DNA of 64,000 bases from Phoronis australis (GCA_002633005.1 NMRA01000778.1:62001-126000); one strand, 5' to 3'. Counted from the first letter of the stretch, positions 1 to 15,000 are shown. Notes: generated by a model not told the origin, from the sequence alone. Translations and numbers: made by a program.

Positions 1-154
1 TTCCATTTGGTAAGCTGACATTATGCTAAGCATAGTGTACCGACTGTTTGACACTTAGGTTCTCACCCTCCACCACTGTCTTGTCAGATTGGTATTTGAA
101 TGAAAGCCACATACTATATCCCCAGTTACCATCAGGTACATAGTCAACTTATAG

Positions 155-2238
155 TGTTCAACCCTTCTCTTCGCTAGGGTATTCGTTGTCATGTAGTCTG
201 GTATTTGATCGACGGAAATAAACCTGGACTCCACTTACGCAGTGGATTTCCTTGATTCTTGAGCTGGACATATTCAAGTCTTGACACACCGAACGACAAA
301 AATAATTGCCAAAATTGTGTCTTTTCATTTTCAAAAGCTTCTAATGTCTGTTTGAATGTTCACAATATCTCAGAAACATTGACTGAAGGTTATGGCATGG
401 ACATTTAAAATGGTATTGCGTCTATTTTGTGGTACTTTCTTTTATTAAAAAAAGAAAACAAATTTCACTTGTGGGACATATTGTGTCCTAAATTGGTGAC
501 AGTTTTCTTGCCGTTTCTGCTTTAGCAGTAATCTTTGTTACAATAAAATCTCACCAATGTGGCCCACAGCAGAAGTTATACTTTCTTATTTTTACACACA
601 AAACATAGAGCACCAAATTAAAATTGCTTTACCTTTTTCATGTTTTTTATGATCTTTGCCATCATACAACTTCTTGTATTTCATAACATTGTAAGAAGAC
701 CTTGAAAATGAGACAAATACATGTTTAAGTTTCTAAAGGTATTTTTGTTGGACATTGGTGAGATTTTATTACACACACATTGCTTTCAAATGTCAAGGTA
801 CCTAAACTACACGGTCAACGGACTCAGGAACACGGGCACGGACACGGACACATGAACACGATTCACAGACCTGCAAACACCGTCCACTGACTCACAAACA
901 TGGGAACGGACTCACAAAACACAATCCACGCACCCAAATACACGCGACACGGACTCATATTCACGAGGAAACACGGTTAACGGACCGCCAAACATGGGTC
1001 ACGGACAAAAGGAAGATGTCAGCTGACCCAGGAAGCCAATGAGTCCGTGACCCGTGTTTGGCGGTCTGTTAACCATGTTTCCTTGTGAATATGAGTCCGT
1101 GTCCCGTGTATTTGGGTGCGTGGATCGTGTTTTGTGAGTCTGTTCCCATGTTTGTGAGTCAGTGGACGGTGTTTGCAGGTCCGTGAGTCGTGTTTATGAG
1201 TCCGTTGACCGTGTAGTTTAGGTACCTTGAATGTGGTGTTCGTACAAATAAGTCTCAGAAGTCTTATCTGCTTATTCTCCTAGGGTTTATTATCCATCAA
1301 TCTGGTCATGGTAATATCATGTAGAATGTCTCATTATTTGTCTATAACAGATCTCATTAATTCTCCAATCTCTTACACCATCTTGATCTTATGTACTGGG
1401 TTGGATAGATAGGGACAGATTTNTGTTCAACCCTTCCCTTTGCTAGGGTATTCGTTGTCATGTAGTCTGGTATTTGATCGACGGAAATAAACCTGGTCTC
1501 CACTTACGCAGTGGATTTCCTTGATTCTTGAGCTGGACACATTCAAGTCTTGACACACCAAACGACAAAAATAATTGCCAAAATTGTGTCTTTTCATTTT
1601 CAAAAGCTTCTAGTGTTCGTTTGAATGTCTACAATTTCTCAGAAACATTGACTGAAGGTTATGGCATGGACATTTAAAATGGTATAGCGTCTATTTGGTG
1701 GTACTTTCTTTTATTAAAAAATGAAAACAAATTTCACTTGTGGGACATATTGTGTTCTAAATTGGTGAGAGTTTTCTTGCCGTTTTTGCTTTAGCAGTAA
1801 TCTTTGTTACGATAAAATCTCACCAATGTGGCCCTCAGCTGAATTTATAATTTCTTATTTTTACACAAAACATAGAACACCAGATTAACATTGCTTTACC
1901 TTTTTCATGTTTTTTATGATCTTTGCTATCATACAACTTCTGGTGTTTCATAACCAGTGTAAGAAGACCTTGAAAATGAGACAAATACATGTTTAAGTTT
2001 CTAAAGGTATTTTTGTTGGACATTGGTGAGGTTTTACTACATACACATTGCTTTCAAATGTGGTGTTCGTACAAATAAGTCTCAAAAGTCTTCAGCTTAT
2101 TCTCCTAGGGTTTATTATCTGGTCATGGTAATATCATGTAGAATGTCTCATTATTTGTCTATAACAGATCTCATCAATTCTCTAATCTCTTACACCATCT
2201 TGATCTAATGTACTGGGTTGAACAGATAGGGACAATTT
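155..2238 (+). repeat. Direct duplication (155-1422 vs 1424-2238) joined by a single N; probable uncollapsed haplotypes
   Basis: Collinear, highly similar copies meeting exactly at n1423. Confidence 0.85.
794..1229. mobile_element. Foldback MITE with about 190-bp inverted arms
   Basis: CAAGGTACCTAAACTACACGGTCAACGGACTCA...TGAGTCCGTTGACCGTGTAGTTTAGGTACCTTG, flanked by AATGT; empty site visible in the duplicate at about 2057. Confidence 0.92.
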
Positions 2239-2979
2239 TGGCTAAATACACAACTGCGCATCATGATGTCCATAATGGCTTGCCAATTCCTGCTCAGTTT
2301 TCCTTGTAAGACTTGACTGTTTTTTCTAAAAATTGTGTATTGGATTGAGTGACCAGTGACTAATTAATTCTACAATCGTCCTCGAACCATTGGTTTTCTG
2401 AGGTATGTAGCAAACACTATCGATTCAAATTTTTGTTATTCAATTTATGGTGTCCCAAAGGGGCCCAACTGAAATTCTGAAATGATGAAGTCTCTAGGTG
2501 AATTATCTCTTGTTATTAAACATGGCATTGTTCTTTGGGGAAGGGCCTGTACAGCATTTCGCAATTGAGCCGGTAAGACCAGTTGGCAGAATTCTGTAAT
2601 ACTTCGATTTCGTCAAACTTATGACTCACCTCTGGTCAGAATTATTTGGTAGTTTAGGTGAACTTTTGTAGCAATAAAACGGTGTTTTTGTCAAAACTTA
2701 GTCTGAGTTTATGGTGGCTTTTGTGTGCCTAGCCGCATATTTGTGATTGGCCTAATGTACAATGGGTTTTGGCGATTTTGAGCAACACCTATTGAAATTT
2801 TGTCCAGATTTTGCAATCATTGAAAAAGAAGTGGATATTTAGTTGTGATTTTGTGTGTCGAAACTTTGTTGAGTTTCAACGTTGTCCAGTTTATTTTGTA
2901 AACTACTGCGTGTTCGGTTTCAACTGATCTTTATGTTGTACAAATTTGTTTGAAATGTGATTATGTTTTATTTTCACAG

Positions 2980-3028
2980 GAGAACCAGCCAAGTATGACC
3001 CCTCATTTAAAGGACCAATCAAAAACAG
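2980..3028 (+). CDS. SLC44A2: CTL exon ([17 protein letters not shown])
   Basis: ttttcacag|...AACAG|gttagt; phase 1 to 2; N-terminal CTL motif. Confidence 0.92.
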
Positions 3029-6000
3029 GTTAGTGGAACATGTAAAAGCAAATGTGCAGAATCCTAACTTTGGTTATCTGTTAAGTGAAGTTGAAAATTA
3101 TTCAATCTATTATAATCAATTATGTTTCCGTAAGTTCTACGTCAGTCGCTGGCTGTTGCAGAACCTGGATGTAGTTCAGTATCCTGATTATGGACCATTA
3201 ACCGCCTCACCAGGTGGCGACACTGCCTTGTTGCTTCCTGTTGGCCAAAATATTGGTGAACTTTCCATTATAATGCCCACTGAAATTGAAGGTAAAAAAA
3301 GTTGCATATTATTCTTTCAGTATTTCACGGCTTAGTACGTGGTGCACCCAGGCTACTGGATGGTAGTGGTGGGAATCTGAAATGTTTTCTGAATTGATTA
3401 ATTGAAAACTGTTTCCTTTTGTCAACTCCTTTCTCAATTGATATTTTAATACATAAAATTGTGAGCTATGACAGGCAGTAACACGAAGGTTCTGTTACTC
3501 GGGCTAACATCGGATGGCAGTGCCCAGCGCTACCAGACGAAGATTTTAGCTCAGCCCTGTTCCTGTGGCTTTAAAACATTTCTTAGTTGTATGGATTTTC
3601 GCCGCTTATTTTTTAGTATGAATTATTTGTATTTCCATGGGAGTTTGAACTAAATGTAAACAGAGACTTTGGTAGAACCAATCATTGTCAGCTAACTGCC
3701 CATGTGTGAAAGAACGAAATACGTTCTACGGGTATGCAACACGGTCCAGTTGACAGTATTATTAAAAGCTACTTTTTCTTATTCCAATACAAAATTACTT
3801 TACCCCATCCTTGGTGAAAATATTTCAAGAATATGACTCTGATTCACTGGACACTCATCTTGGTCATTCTTTTCACCTCATGTTTACAACAGCATGAATG
3901 AATGTATGAAGGGTTGGAGAATATACAGTGTTCTGATGTAATTAGCACAAAGAGACATGAATTACTTGAATTAATGATAGGGCTTTGCACTGATATTTTC
4001 AAAGGTGCAGCATTGACTGCAAATTGCATGTGGCAAGAAATTCCAACCAAATACCCTGGTATGAAATAAGTTAGGGACAAAATATCATTGAGGTAAATAT
4101 AACTAGAGTTGACATCACGTGGTTTTCGTCGAGCGGAGTGGTCCGCCATCTTGCTGATGTGCAGCACTTAACTGCAAAACTCTACACTGTATCATGCAAT
4201 ACCTGTAATGTATGGCAGAAGCTTACCAAACTCATTTTGTTCAAAGGCCAGTGAGTGTCATGGTAGTCCTACAAAAACAGCATATTTGGTTCCAATTTTG
4301 ATTTTTTTTTGAAGTTGGCACGATGTGCTAGTTTTAAGTTGTCCAGATTTTGGAATAAAAAAATTCGTATTATGTCAGCTTGAAGTTCAGAACGGGCCGG
4401 TATACGTTTTTCCCAGCATGGCGCTTGATGTCGGCTAAAATGGTTCAGGCTCTCTTTCCCCGTATCACCTGATGCCAGCTGAACTTGGTCGAATTTTTCT
4501 GTCTATAAAGTGAGTCGGCGGTTTTCAAAATGACCCATACACAGGTTAGAACCAATTTTGTAATTTTTGACCTTTTGAGGTTTCAAGTATGGAATTTGTT
4601 AGAATCCCTGGCCAAAATCTTTCAAAAGGAGTGGATGCTCGTTGATGAAAATAAGTATTTGCATTTTTCTTAATTCACATTATTAATATAATAATTATAC
4701 ATTTGAAGCTCTATGCAACTGTGTTTTTAGCTGAAAATATAATTCAAATAAAACAACATTGCAGGGGAGAATTAAATAGCAGAAACAATTGTTCATCTCA
4801 TCTTGTCCCTAGAAAGATGTGTCAAGCTTTTAGTGTTAACTTGCCAAATTAAAAAACCTTAAATCAGTTGAACTCTGAACTGGAGATTAGCACACCATGT
4901 TCTTCAGTGGGGGTTTCCAAAGGATAAGTCAACATGAAATGGACTTAGCTTGTTAGTTTTTCTGTTATATTACCTTAATCAATGGTCTACACAAGCAGTC
5001 AGATTAGCGTAATGGAAAAACAGCAAAACTGTGCCAAAATAGTCTTAGCAGGCTGATATTTTTGTCTTGAAGCGCATTTCATAAAAGCTTTGTTATTAAC
5101 TGTCTGGCCTGTTGCTGGCAATATTTGTGTTGACTGCATGAAGTTTTAAGGAACATACAAACAATGCGAACAATGCGTTGTTTTTACTCGCCATGGTTAC
5201 TGGTTATTAGCGGCTGTTTTTATTTTTTAGCTGGTTTAGGCATCGCCTTCTCTGTCGACCAAGCTACTTTTAAGATAATTATGTTAATTGACAGACATCT
5301 TCTCACGGGAAGAGGGCATATACCAACGATTTTTGGACGACGCCAACTACTGTGGCGCCTCTTAGTGGCATTTTTGTTTTTGTTTTGTGTGAGTTTTTGT
5401 AGTATCGCAATACGATGCTAACGTTTGAAATAAATTGAAACCTGTTTGGAATGGCATCTCAAGGTGTTGTTTGGAATGGCATCTCAAGGTGTTGTTTGGA
5501 ATGGCACCTCAAGGTGTTGTTTGGAATGGCATCTCAAGGCATTGTTTGGAATGGCATCTCAAGGTGTTTGGAATGGCATCTTAAGGTGTTGTTTGGAATG
5601 GCATCTCAAGGTGTTGTTTGGAATGGCATCTCAATGTGTTCTTTGGAATGGCATCTCAAGGCATTGTTTGGAATGGCATCTCAAGGTGTTGTTTGGAATG
5701 GCATCTTAAGGTGTTGTTTGGAATGGCGTCTTAAGGTGTTGTTTGGAATTGCATCTCAATGTGTTCTTTGGAATGGCATTTCAATATTTTTTTGTTTCTG
5801 AGGTTACATGTTTTTGTTACCCTTGTTATTCTTAATGTTATTGATGGAAAATCTGCGATTCCGCGCATGATGTGCATATTCAAAGGGGTACATTGGTATA
5901 AACATTAACATTGTGCGTACTTTATTTAAAATTCTGAATCCACCCAATCGCTGCTGTATTTTGACACAGGGACTACTATACAATGGTTTAAATTTTGAGA

Positions 6001-9000
6001 CAATAGTGTGTCAAAATGTACCGGATTAGTTTTCCACTTAGGATAAACACCCAGAGTATCACTGAGGTATCACCAACAGTCTTACAGATTTATTTGTGAA
6101 GGCGCAAACATGAATACAGGCTAAGACATTTTCTCCATTTTCATAAAACGCGTATACATGTTCTTGGTTGATACAACCTGAAGTAGACAATTACAGCCAG
6201 TTTTAGGGACTGTCTGTAACTTCGGTGGCCAGCAGTGTTTCATTAAAATTCATAGGCAGATTTATGAGGGTGGGCCTGGGCCACCCCCTCCCCTTGGCTA
6301 CTGGAAAGATAAAACAGCAAGAGTGTGAGGAAATATTTAGTTTATTCACTAACCCCTGTAATTAACATGCGGTTAAAACAAGATGTAAAAATGTGTGCAG
6401 TTTTAGTTTGTGTGTGCATGTATGTGGGGGGGTCCTCAAGCCAGATTGCAACTGTCCAAGTCAGATCGCCGGCGCAATCGGTTTCCCGTTTCTTTGTTTT
6501 TTGGTTGCGCCCACTCAGAAATGGCACACTTCAAAATCGTTCATGTACAATGCCTGTGCTTCCACTGTGGTGAGCAATAATTGTGGTTGAAAATTACAGT
6601 ATTTCGGATGTAGACTCTTTGGCCTGAATATGTCTATAAACTGGACTGTTAAAAGTTTTCAATTAAATCAAGAAACTTCATCTGCAGAGATCTATAATGT
6701 TTTGTCTCCAGGTGTCATTCTGCGTTTTTTCCATAACTTGGGACAAAGCTAGGTGAAGTTTTGTCTGTTATTTTTATGAATGGTACATGATTACACTCTT
6801 GTGTTTATTTCAGAGGATGTACAGATATCATCTGCTGTTTTCTCTTCATCATATTTTTCCTGGGCATGTTTGTGGTGGGCTATTTTGGTAAGTTTTAGAT
6901 GTGTCCCTACAACTGCATATAGCAAGGTCTCCCCAGACCTGCCTTGTTTGAAGGGCATTAGGAAGAGAACTTACATTCACTTTATCATTTAGTCAGAGAT
7001 AAGAGTTCAAGTAGGGGCTTGCTGTCTGAGCGAGTGTCATGTGCCCCCTGATGAGTGGGCCTTTGTTTGAATGCTGTGATAAACAAGCAGTCTAGAACTT
7101 GAGGCAAGCTTGGGAAAGTTGGAACTCATAAAACATTTCAGTTGTTGTCCATCTCAATTTAATAATATGTCTTGTTCAATTTAATTCACCTGTGGTTGAT
7201 GAAGCTACAAGTTGCCATCATGTGCAAAAGTTCCCGAAGAGGAATTTGTTGCTTCCCCATTTTGTCCATATTCATTCTTTTAACCAGTAAGAGCCCTTCA
7301 CTCAACATTTGATGTCGGCATTTATCAGTGTATTCTGAACACCCTCGCCTCAACACAGCAGCGGCACTCTGATTCTGATCACGGTGTGATTAACAGGTCA
7401 TCTGCACTTTCTTTTTGATTTAAGTCACTAACTTTGCGCCCTGATTGAATTCTCCTGTTCTCTTTTACATCGTGCAAAACGTACTCTTGCTTAAATGCCG
7501 TTGTCACATTCAGGCTAGTGAAGAAATAAGATTACATCAAAAATAGGAAAATAGCTTACTTTCTCAAATATTACTGGTGTGCACTCCCAAAATGGGAGAG
7601 GAACACTCTGCCATACTTACTGCCAAAACATGTTTATTTATTTGTTTGTGTGCCCTCTGGTGGTCTTGTAGATGTTCACATAGAATTCTGTTAATGCCAG
7701 TAATGTTTCACTATAATTTGAGTTGTAATGCTGACATAAATTATTAAGAAGCTGAGTGGGGCACAGTTGTTCTGACTCAACTCAAAATTGCATTACTGGT
7801 AACTCTTCAAATACTAGGTTAATCATGCAATGAATTTTTCTACCTCTGTCAGCAAAAAAGCAGAATTCAGTTTAGGATGTACTGATGAAAGGCAACTGTC
7901 TGAGGTCATTAGTCATAACCTATGACCTGGTCATGTGACTAGTTTGTTCTCCAATTCAGGTTATGCCTATGGGGATCCCATGAAGTTGATTTATCCATCC
8001 AACTCCGCAGGGGAGCTGTGCGGCTATGGTGACCTCAAGTGAGTAATGTACTGTTTAAGGTCATGAGTAGGGCCTTATCGACAAGACTGTGCTTTTAGCC
8101 TTGTATCTACAAAAGCAGAATTTATCTCTTGTATTTTCTGAAAATAGAAATTCCGTAGAATTTGATGATTGACTTTATACCAGTCTGCCATTAATTAGGT
8201 CACATGACCATGGTTTTTAGTAAAGTTTAGTAAAAAAGACAAGTACATTGATTGCAAAACAACAAATTTCACGTAATATATTAAATGTTTTGCAACAATC
8301 TCCCAAAACACAGTTTATACACACATTATCGTTTCATTTTCACGTAACGCAACTTATTTTATAGCCGCTCAAGGAAAAGTGGAACAGTTTGAAAATAATT
8401 CCTGACAGACAATCTCCGCACAAATAAAAAAGTTCAATGTTAACTCAACATTTTGTCTATTCATAGGACATCATCAGGATATGTACAGTAGGACTACAAG
8501 TGTCGTTGTTGTAGTCCTACTGTACATATCCTGATGACGTTTTATGAATAAACGAAACGTTGAGTTAACATAAGCTTTTTATTTGTGCGGCGATTGTCCG
8601 TTTTCCAATCGTACTGTGGCCAAAAAATGATGTAATTAATTCCTGACAGCGTTTTGGAGAACGGTGCGCAAAGCATAGTACCTGCAAGTTTCTGACCAGC
8701 CATTTCTGACATACAATGTTCCACAGTTGGTCAAAATTTGACAGTTTTCTACAGAGCCATAATACCCTCTGTTTCTGAGCCGATGGGCTCTTAAAGCGGC
8801 AAACCTTATCCTGACCATCCTCAGCAGAGTTTTTGAAGAAGTTGAATGATTATGACAGGCCATTGCCACGTTTGTTTGAATTATTTGACCGCAAAACAAA
8901 ACGCTTATATATTAGACTTTGGCAGTGATCAGGACCCAAGGACTATCAAATGGTAAAAATTCTCCAATTAGGGACATTGAAAATTATTTTGCTGAAGTTT

Positions 9001-12000
9001 GGAGCAGCATCCCAACTTCTAGAAATATTGGCTTTCCCAAATTCAAGAATGACTGAAAAGACAAAAATTGACGCGGAGTGACTTGACACAGTGCAACCAT
9101 TTAAACAAGTTGACAAGGTGTCTCTGTGGTTTCAAGTTTTTCACGTAGTTTTGATGTATAGCTATGTGCGCATGATCATCTAATGTTGTGTCAACTATAC
9201 GACGTCTAAACGTGAAAGCGTGGCAAGCCGTATGCGATCATGTTCTGTGCGCTTGGGCAGTCACGTACATAAAGGTGACCATTTTCCCACCATATCCACG
9301 CATGTCTTCCTTTGCCTCTTTACCTGTTTAGTTCAGCCGTTGCCGATTTTCCCATTTGTGTGCCTATACCTACACCTCAAAAGGCTACGAGCCAGGCTTT
9401 GACAGCTTAGTTACAAAATCAAGTCACCCAGCTCAAAGTTAGGTCGCAGATTTTTTAAAAATGTTTATAAAAGCTATTAATTATAGCGTGCTTTTCAAGA
9501 CTAAAAAGCCCTGTTTTGTATTGCACATCTTATGGGCAGATGTCGCTGGCTATTCAGCTAGTTATATGAAAGTGAACATTAAATCCTACTGTGAAAACGC
9601 ACTTTTCACCTGGTGAGAGATTTCTTGCAATGGAGATTATACACCCGATGTTTACCTGTGTGTCACTCACTGAGACCTAAATGCTAAAACCTTTCAAGGT
9701 CTCCAAACTCTGAATCCACATTGGGATTAAGAATGGGCGCAGTGTATGTGGACTCTATGATCCAGTTTGAGTGACGGGATTGGATCGAGTCACGCTTTTC
9801 ACTCATGCTGTGTCTGTGGGTGCCACACCATGGACCTATTTCCCTGTTACGCTGTATATGTGTTGCAGAGACAAGCCGTACCTGCATTTCTTCGACTTGA
9901 TGCAGTGTGCCAAGATGGGTCCAGCTGTCATCAGCGGTTGTCCCACACCTCAGGTGAGTCAGTATGTTGACAAGGGAGTTGGATGTGGGTGTTGGAAAGG
10001 AGCAGCCAAGTCAATGTGGCATTGCTTGTACTAAAAACGGAAACCTTTAGAAGCCCTCATTCACCTTAGGAGAAAGCTGCCTGTGTTTTCTTAGTAGAAA
10101 AATTCTTGACCCGTTTCCTTTCATTGACAAATGTTTAAGTGATGGTTTCTTTCGTATTTTTGCCATAAGTTAAACAATGCCAGGCGAATGTTGGCAAAAC
10201 TGATTTTTAGAACCAAATCTTACTTGAGCGTTTTGATTTGCAGGTGTGTGTTTCGTCATGTCCTAACGATACCTGGTATTACCTGGCACAGATAGCGGCT
10301 GAAGAGACCGCTACCAAGACAGGCTTGTCCTCCGCAATATCAACAGCCATTAAATTCCGTAGCAGAATGGTTTGTGTAGAGAATGTTGACGCCACCCAAA
10401 CCTCAAAAGTAAGTATGTAGACTCACAGTGACACCTGCTGGCTGTTAGTTTTTCATTTATTTTGCAAAAAAGAAGTATCTGAGTAGCTGACTTTCAAAAA
10501 TTCACTAACCCACCAGACGGCAATCGGGTCTTTGGTGGACAGGCATTCAGCGCCATCTGTGGATGCCATGTAATACGGACAGGAGGTTTCAACCTACTGG
10601 TATTAATAGCTTTATAACACCTTCCCTGCTATTACAATGCCAGCAAATATCCAGTCCTGTGCGGAGAAATGGGCCTCAAGCAAGAAGGCAAACCTTTTGA
10701 AATATCAAGTGATGAGCAAGAACGCCCTGTACATGTATCGTACAGTTCCCACTGCGAAGATTTATCTGCAACAATGCCGGTGGGTGTTGCTGATAAAGCG
10801 GAAGGGTTTCGATCCCAGCAGGTGTGAAAAAGCCGAAATAAATTGGACAGTGAACTTTTAATTAATCAAACAATGGCGATCAGGGCTTTGGTGGACAGGC
10901 ATTCTGCGCCATCTACAAACGGGAAGTTTCAACTTACTGGACGTATGAACAGCTTTCTAACCCTTTTCATGCTATTATAATGCCGGAAAGTTTCTGCTGC
11001 TGTGCAATGAGATGTACCAGTGCCTTCCGCCAAAAGGCAACTGATGAGCAAGGACGTCCTGTACCATACATTTTCCACTGCGAAGATTTGTACGCTACAA
11101 AGCCGGTGGGTGCTGCTGATAAAGCGGGAGAATTTCGATCCCAGCCAGTGTCAAAAAGCTAAAATAAACTAATGAACTTACGCTAATCAAACAATGGGAG
11201 GGATTGTCTGTGGAATTTATTCCTTTGCTTTTATGTTTATGAAGCACTACGTAGTAATTGAATTTCTGTCCACCAAATATGAGTTGGGATCACTCCGAGT
11301 CGGAAGTCACTTTCTTGCTCTCATTACGCTAGAGAGCACCTATATGAAAATTCCTCTATTGTCTTATTAAAGTTTTAATGTATAACTACTGTAAGTCAGA
11401 AATGAATATAATGTGTAGTGCTTCATATCAAGACGTTTTGGTATTATTTGGAAATTTGAATAGATTTGTTAATGGAACATTCTCGGTAAGAAAATAATTT
11501 TCAGAAATTATCAGTATGGCTCCCATTAGCTTGGTAGTAGCTGTCGAATGGTTTGCTGTTGAACCAAATCCTACGCTCTAAATAGTACCAGTAATTTAAG
11601 TGTACTGGTGGTAAAGTGACTTGATTTAAGCGAATATCTGGCAGGCAACGTCGAGCTTTGCCGATTTGTAATAGTCACAGAAACAAGATATCTTGTTGTT
11701 TGATTGCTAAACTCCAACAAGTTCTCTCACTTCCAACAATAATCCCAAAATTTGTTTTTTGCTTTTAAAACAATTAATATCCTCTCAAGCTGAAAATTAA
11801 TTAAATTGGTGTCTCTACAAAATACAAAAAAAACAATCTTCTTGCTCCCTCCCAAAAATTATTTTTAATGATCACTTTTTGCACAACCCCTCCTGCGGCT
11901 TGAGAACCTACTGTTCATCAAGTATGGTGACTGGTGTTGCTGCAAGACTATTTGTCAATTTGCCTAGCAGTCTATTATGAAGCACCCCTTGTTTCCCTTA

Positions 12001-15000
12001 TTTTCACCATTTTAAATGTCATGACCTTAAAACATTTGTTTGCAACTTCTATATTTTGATTTTAGCATTTTGTTTGATTTTCTGATTTAATTGTGATAAT
12101 ATATGTAAAGTGTCGTGATTTTTCATGAGTGCCGCTCTAAAAATAATGAATTTCTCTCTTCTTTTCCCATGTTCTCCTCAACAGAAAATTCAAACTCGAC
12201 TGGAGTCACAAAATTCATGGATGTGTTTGAAAGTCCATGTCCACACTGAGGGGAGTTTGTGTTGAGGCTTGGGTTAAGTGCATTGGACTTGTTCCATTAA
12301 GTCCAAAATGTCATGATTTGCTTTAACATGACTAATCTCCCAATACTTCACACTCAGTGGATAGGTCTTCAGACTCGAAGCAATTAGCCAAATTTGTCAC
12401 AGCAAGATTTTAACTTGATGTGGTGACAAGTCAAAACCGGTTGTTGAGAACACTATTTTCTATCACTAGATTAATTCTTGCCTTCTAAAAAGGTCATGCC
12501 AAGTGTTCCTTCCATTTCTTGACTGGCGGTACTCATCAATAACGCGTCACTATTTTCCCAGAGCGTCTACAACCTGGTGCAAGACAACGAGTGTGCCCCC
12601 TATGTGTTGCCGAGTGAACCGTTGCTCTACCGCTGCGTGCCGTCGATCTTGGTACAAATCAAGGACAAAGCATTGGGACTGGTGGTAAACCAGGACGGGA
12701 AGAACTACACCATCACCGACTCACTGAATCAGGTGTTGACTGGGACTAGCCTTGAGAACGGCACACAGTGAGTCATGTGTGGTAATCCAACAAAATAGTA
12801 ATCAGACGAAATGGTAATTTAATCGGACAAAATGGTTTTCAGATGAAATGGTAATCAGACCAAATACCTTTCCCTGGTCATGGCGACTAATTCTGTTAAC
12901 AGCAAAAATGGCTGGTTATAGCTATGATAGGGGTAAAACTATGACTGCAGAATGGCTTAATCGAGGTAAGTGGATTATGGCTGAAGTATGATAATTGTCC
13001 ATTTATTTTGCATAAAAATTATAATTGCTATAATGGCAATTTTTCAAGGACTGGTTCCTTTTTGCAAGTAAGGCGAGTTTCATGAACTGCTTAATCACGT
13101 CTAGACACTGCAAGCAATGCTTGCAACAGACTAATCCAAACAGTACCAGTTCAGGCTTTGTAGTGGAATGCACTTCTCTTGTAGCGTTTAACTCATGTAT
13201 TTCACCGTTATCAGATAGCGTTGTCTATGGTCAACTATTTGGGACACGCTATGGTAGACAAGTGAAATTTTTTCAGTTTTCCGTATATATTCAGTGGCTC
13301 CAAATAAATGCGTTATCACTGTCTGGTAAGCTATGTATTGTGGCTACCGTCAGCTTGTATTTTGAGAAAGTGTGGCCATTCTCAACAGTGTCCATTTCAT
13401 TTGCCCTTGGTGAGATTTTAGTGTATACATCTATCATTAATTTTCGGGTCTTACTGAAAACATGCTATGAACATTCCCACTAAATAAAATTGGTTCTAAC
13501 CCCGGTGTTTAAGGTAAACGGCAGGGTATGGAAAATTGAACTAGACCGTATTTATCCACCTTGGCTGAGACGCGCTCGGCTCATGCTCAAAGGGATGCCG
13601 CCAAGCTGCTCTATTCATCGAGTCACGAGCGAGGATAATTGACTTCGCTCATGCGGATATGATCAGCTGGTTACAGTCTAGCCTAACAACTGTACTTTTT
13701 ATGGAGAGAATTTTACGTAGTTTTTACTGTAATATTTGAAAAGAGGNNNNNNNNNNNNNNNNNNNNNNNNNNNNNNNNNNNNNNNNNNNNNNNNNNNNNN
13801 NNNNNNNNNNNNNNNNNNNNNNNNNNNNNNNNNNNNNNNNNNNNNNNNNNNNNNNNNNNNNNNNNNNNNNNNNNNNNNNNNNNNNNNNNNNNNNNNNNNN
13901 NNNNAGTCCTGTGCGGAGAAATGGGCCTCAAGCAAGAAGGCAAACCTTTTGAAATATCAAGTGATGAGCAAGGACGGCTTGTACATGTACCGTACAGTTC
14001 CCACTGCGAAGATTTATCTGCAACAATGCCGGTGGGTGTTGCTGATAAAGCGGAAGGGTTTTGATCCCAGCAGGTGTTAAAAAGCCGAAATAAATTGGAC
14101 AGTGAACTTTTAATTAATCAAATAATGGCGATCAGGGCTTTGGAGGACAGGCATTCTGCGCCATCTACAGACGGGAAGTTTCAACTTACTGGACGTATAA
14201 ACAGCTTTCTAACCCCTTTCATGCTATTATAATGCTGGCAAATTTCCGCTGCTGTGCAATGAGATGTACCAGTGCCTTCCGCAAAAAGGCAAGTGATGAG
14301 CAAGGACGTCCTGCACCATACATTTTCCACGTCAAATATTTATACGCTACAAAGCCAGTGGGTGCTGCTGATAAAGCGGGAGAATTCCGATCCCAGCCAG
14401 TGTCAAAAAGCTAAAATAAACTAATGAACTTACGCTAATCATACAATGGGAGGGATTGTCTAAGGAATTTATTCCTTTGCTTTTATGTTTATGAAGCACT
14501 ACGTAGTAATTGAATTTCTGTCCACCAAATATGAGTCGGGATCACTCGGAGTCGGAAGTTATTTTCTTGCTCTCATTACGGTAGAGAGCACCTATATGAA
14601 AATTCCTCTATTGTCTTATTAGAGTTTTAACGTATAACTACTGTAAGTCAGAAATGAATATAATGTGCAGTGCTTCATATCAAGAAGTATTATTTGGAAA
14701 TTTGTATAGATTTGTTAATTGAACATTCTCGGTAAGGAAATAATTTTCAGAAAATATCAGCATGGCTCTCATTAGCTTGTTAGTAGCTGTCCAGTGCTTT
14801 GCTGCTGAACCAAATCCTACGCTCTAAATAGTACAGTAATTTAAGTGTATTTGTGGTAAAGTGACTTGATTTAAGTGAATGTCTGGCAGGCAACGTCGAG
14901 CTTTGTCGATTTGTAATAGTCACAGAAACAAGATATCTTGTTGTTTGATTGCTAAACCCCAACAAGTTCTCTCACTTCCAACAATAATCCCAAAATTTGT

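Noticed and set aside
4108-4155. E-box and YY1-like cluster (CACGTG, CCGCCATCTT) in an intron
   Set aside because: Short motifs with no associated exon; could be chance or repeat-derived.
5443-5801. 25-bp array as a CRISPR, and the repetitive ORFs over it
   Set aside because: Head-to-tail repeats with no unique spacers and no cas genes, inside a eukaryotic intron; the ORFs are just translations of the repeat.
13699-14080. ORFs spanning the N gap (also 58862-59389)
   Set aside because: Artefacts of N runs.
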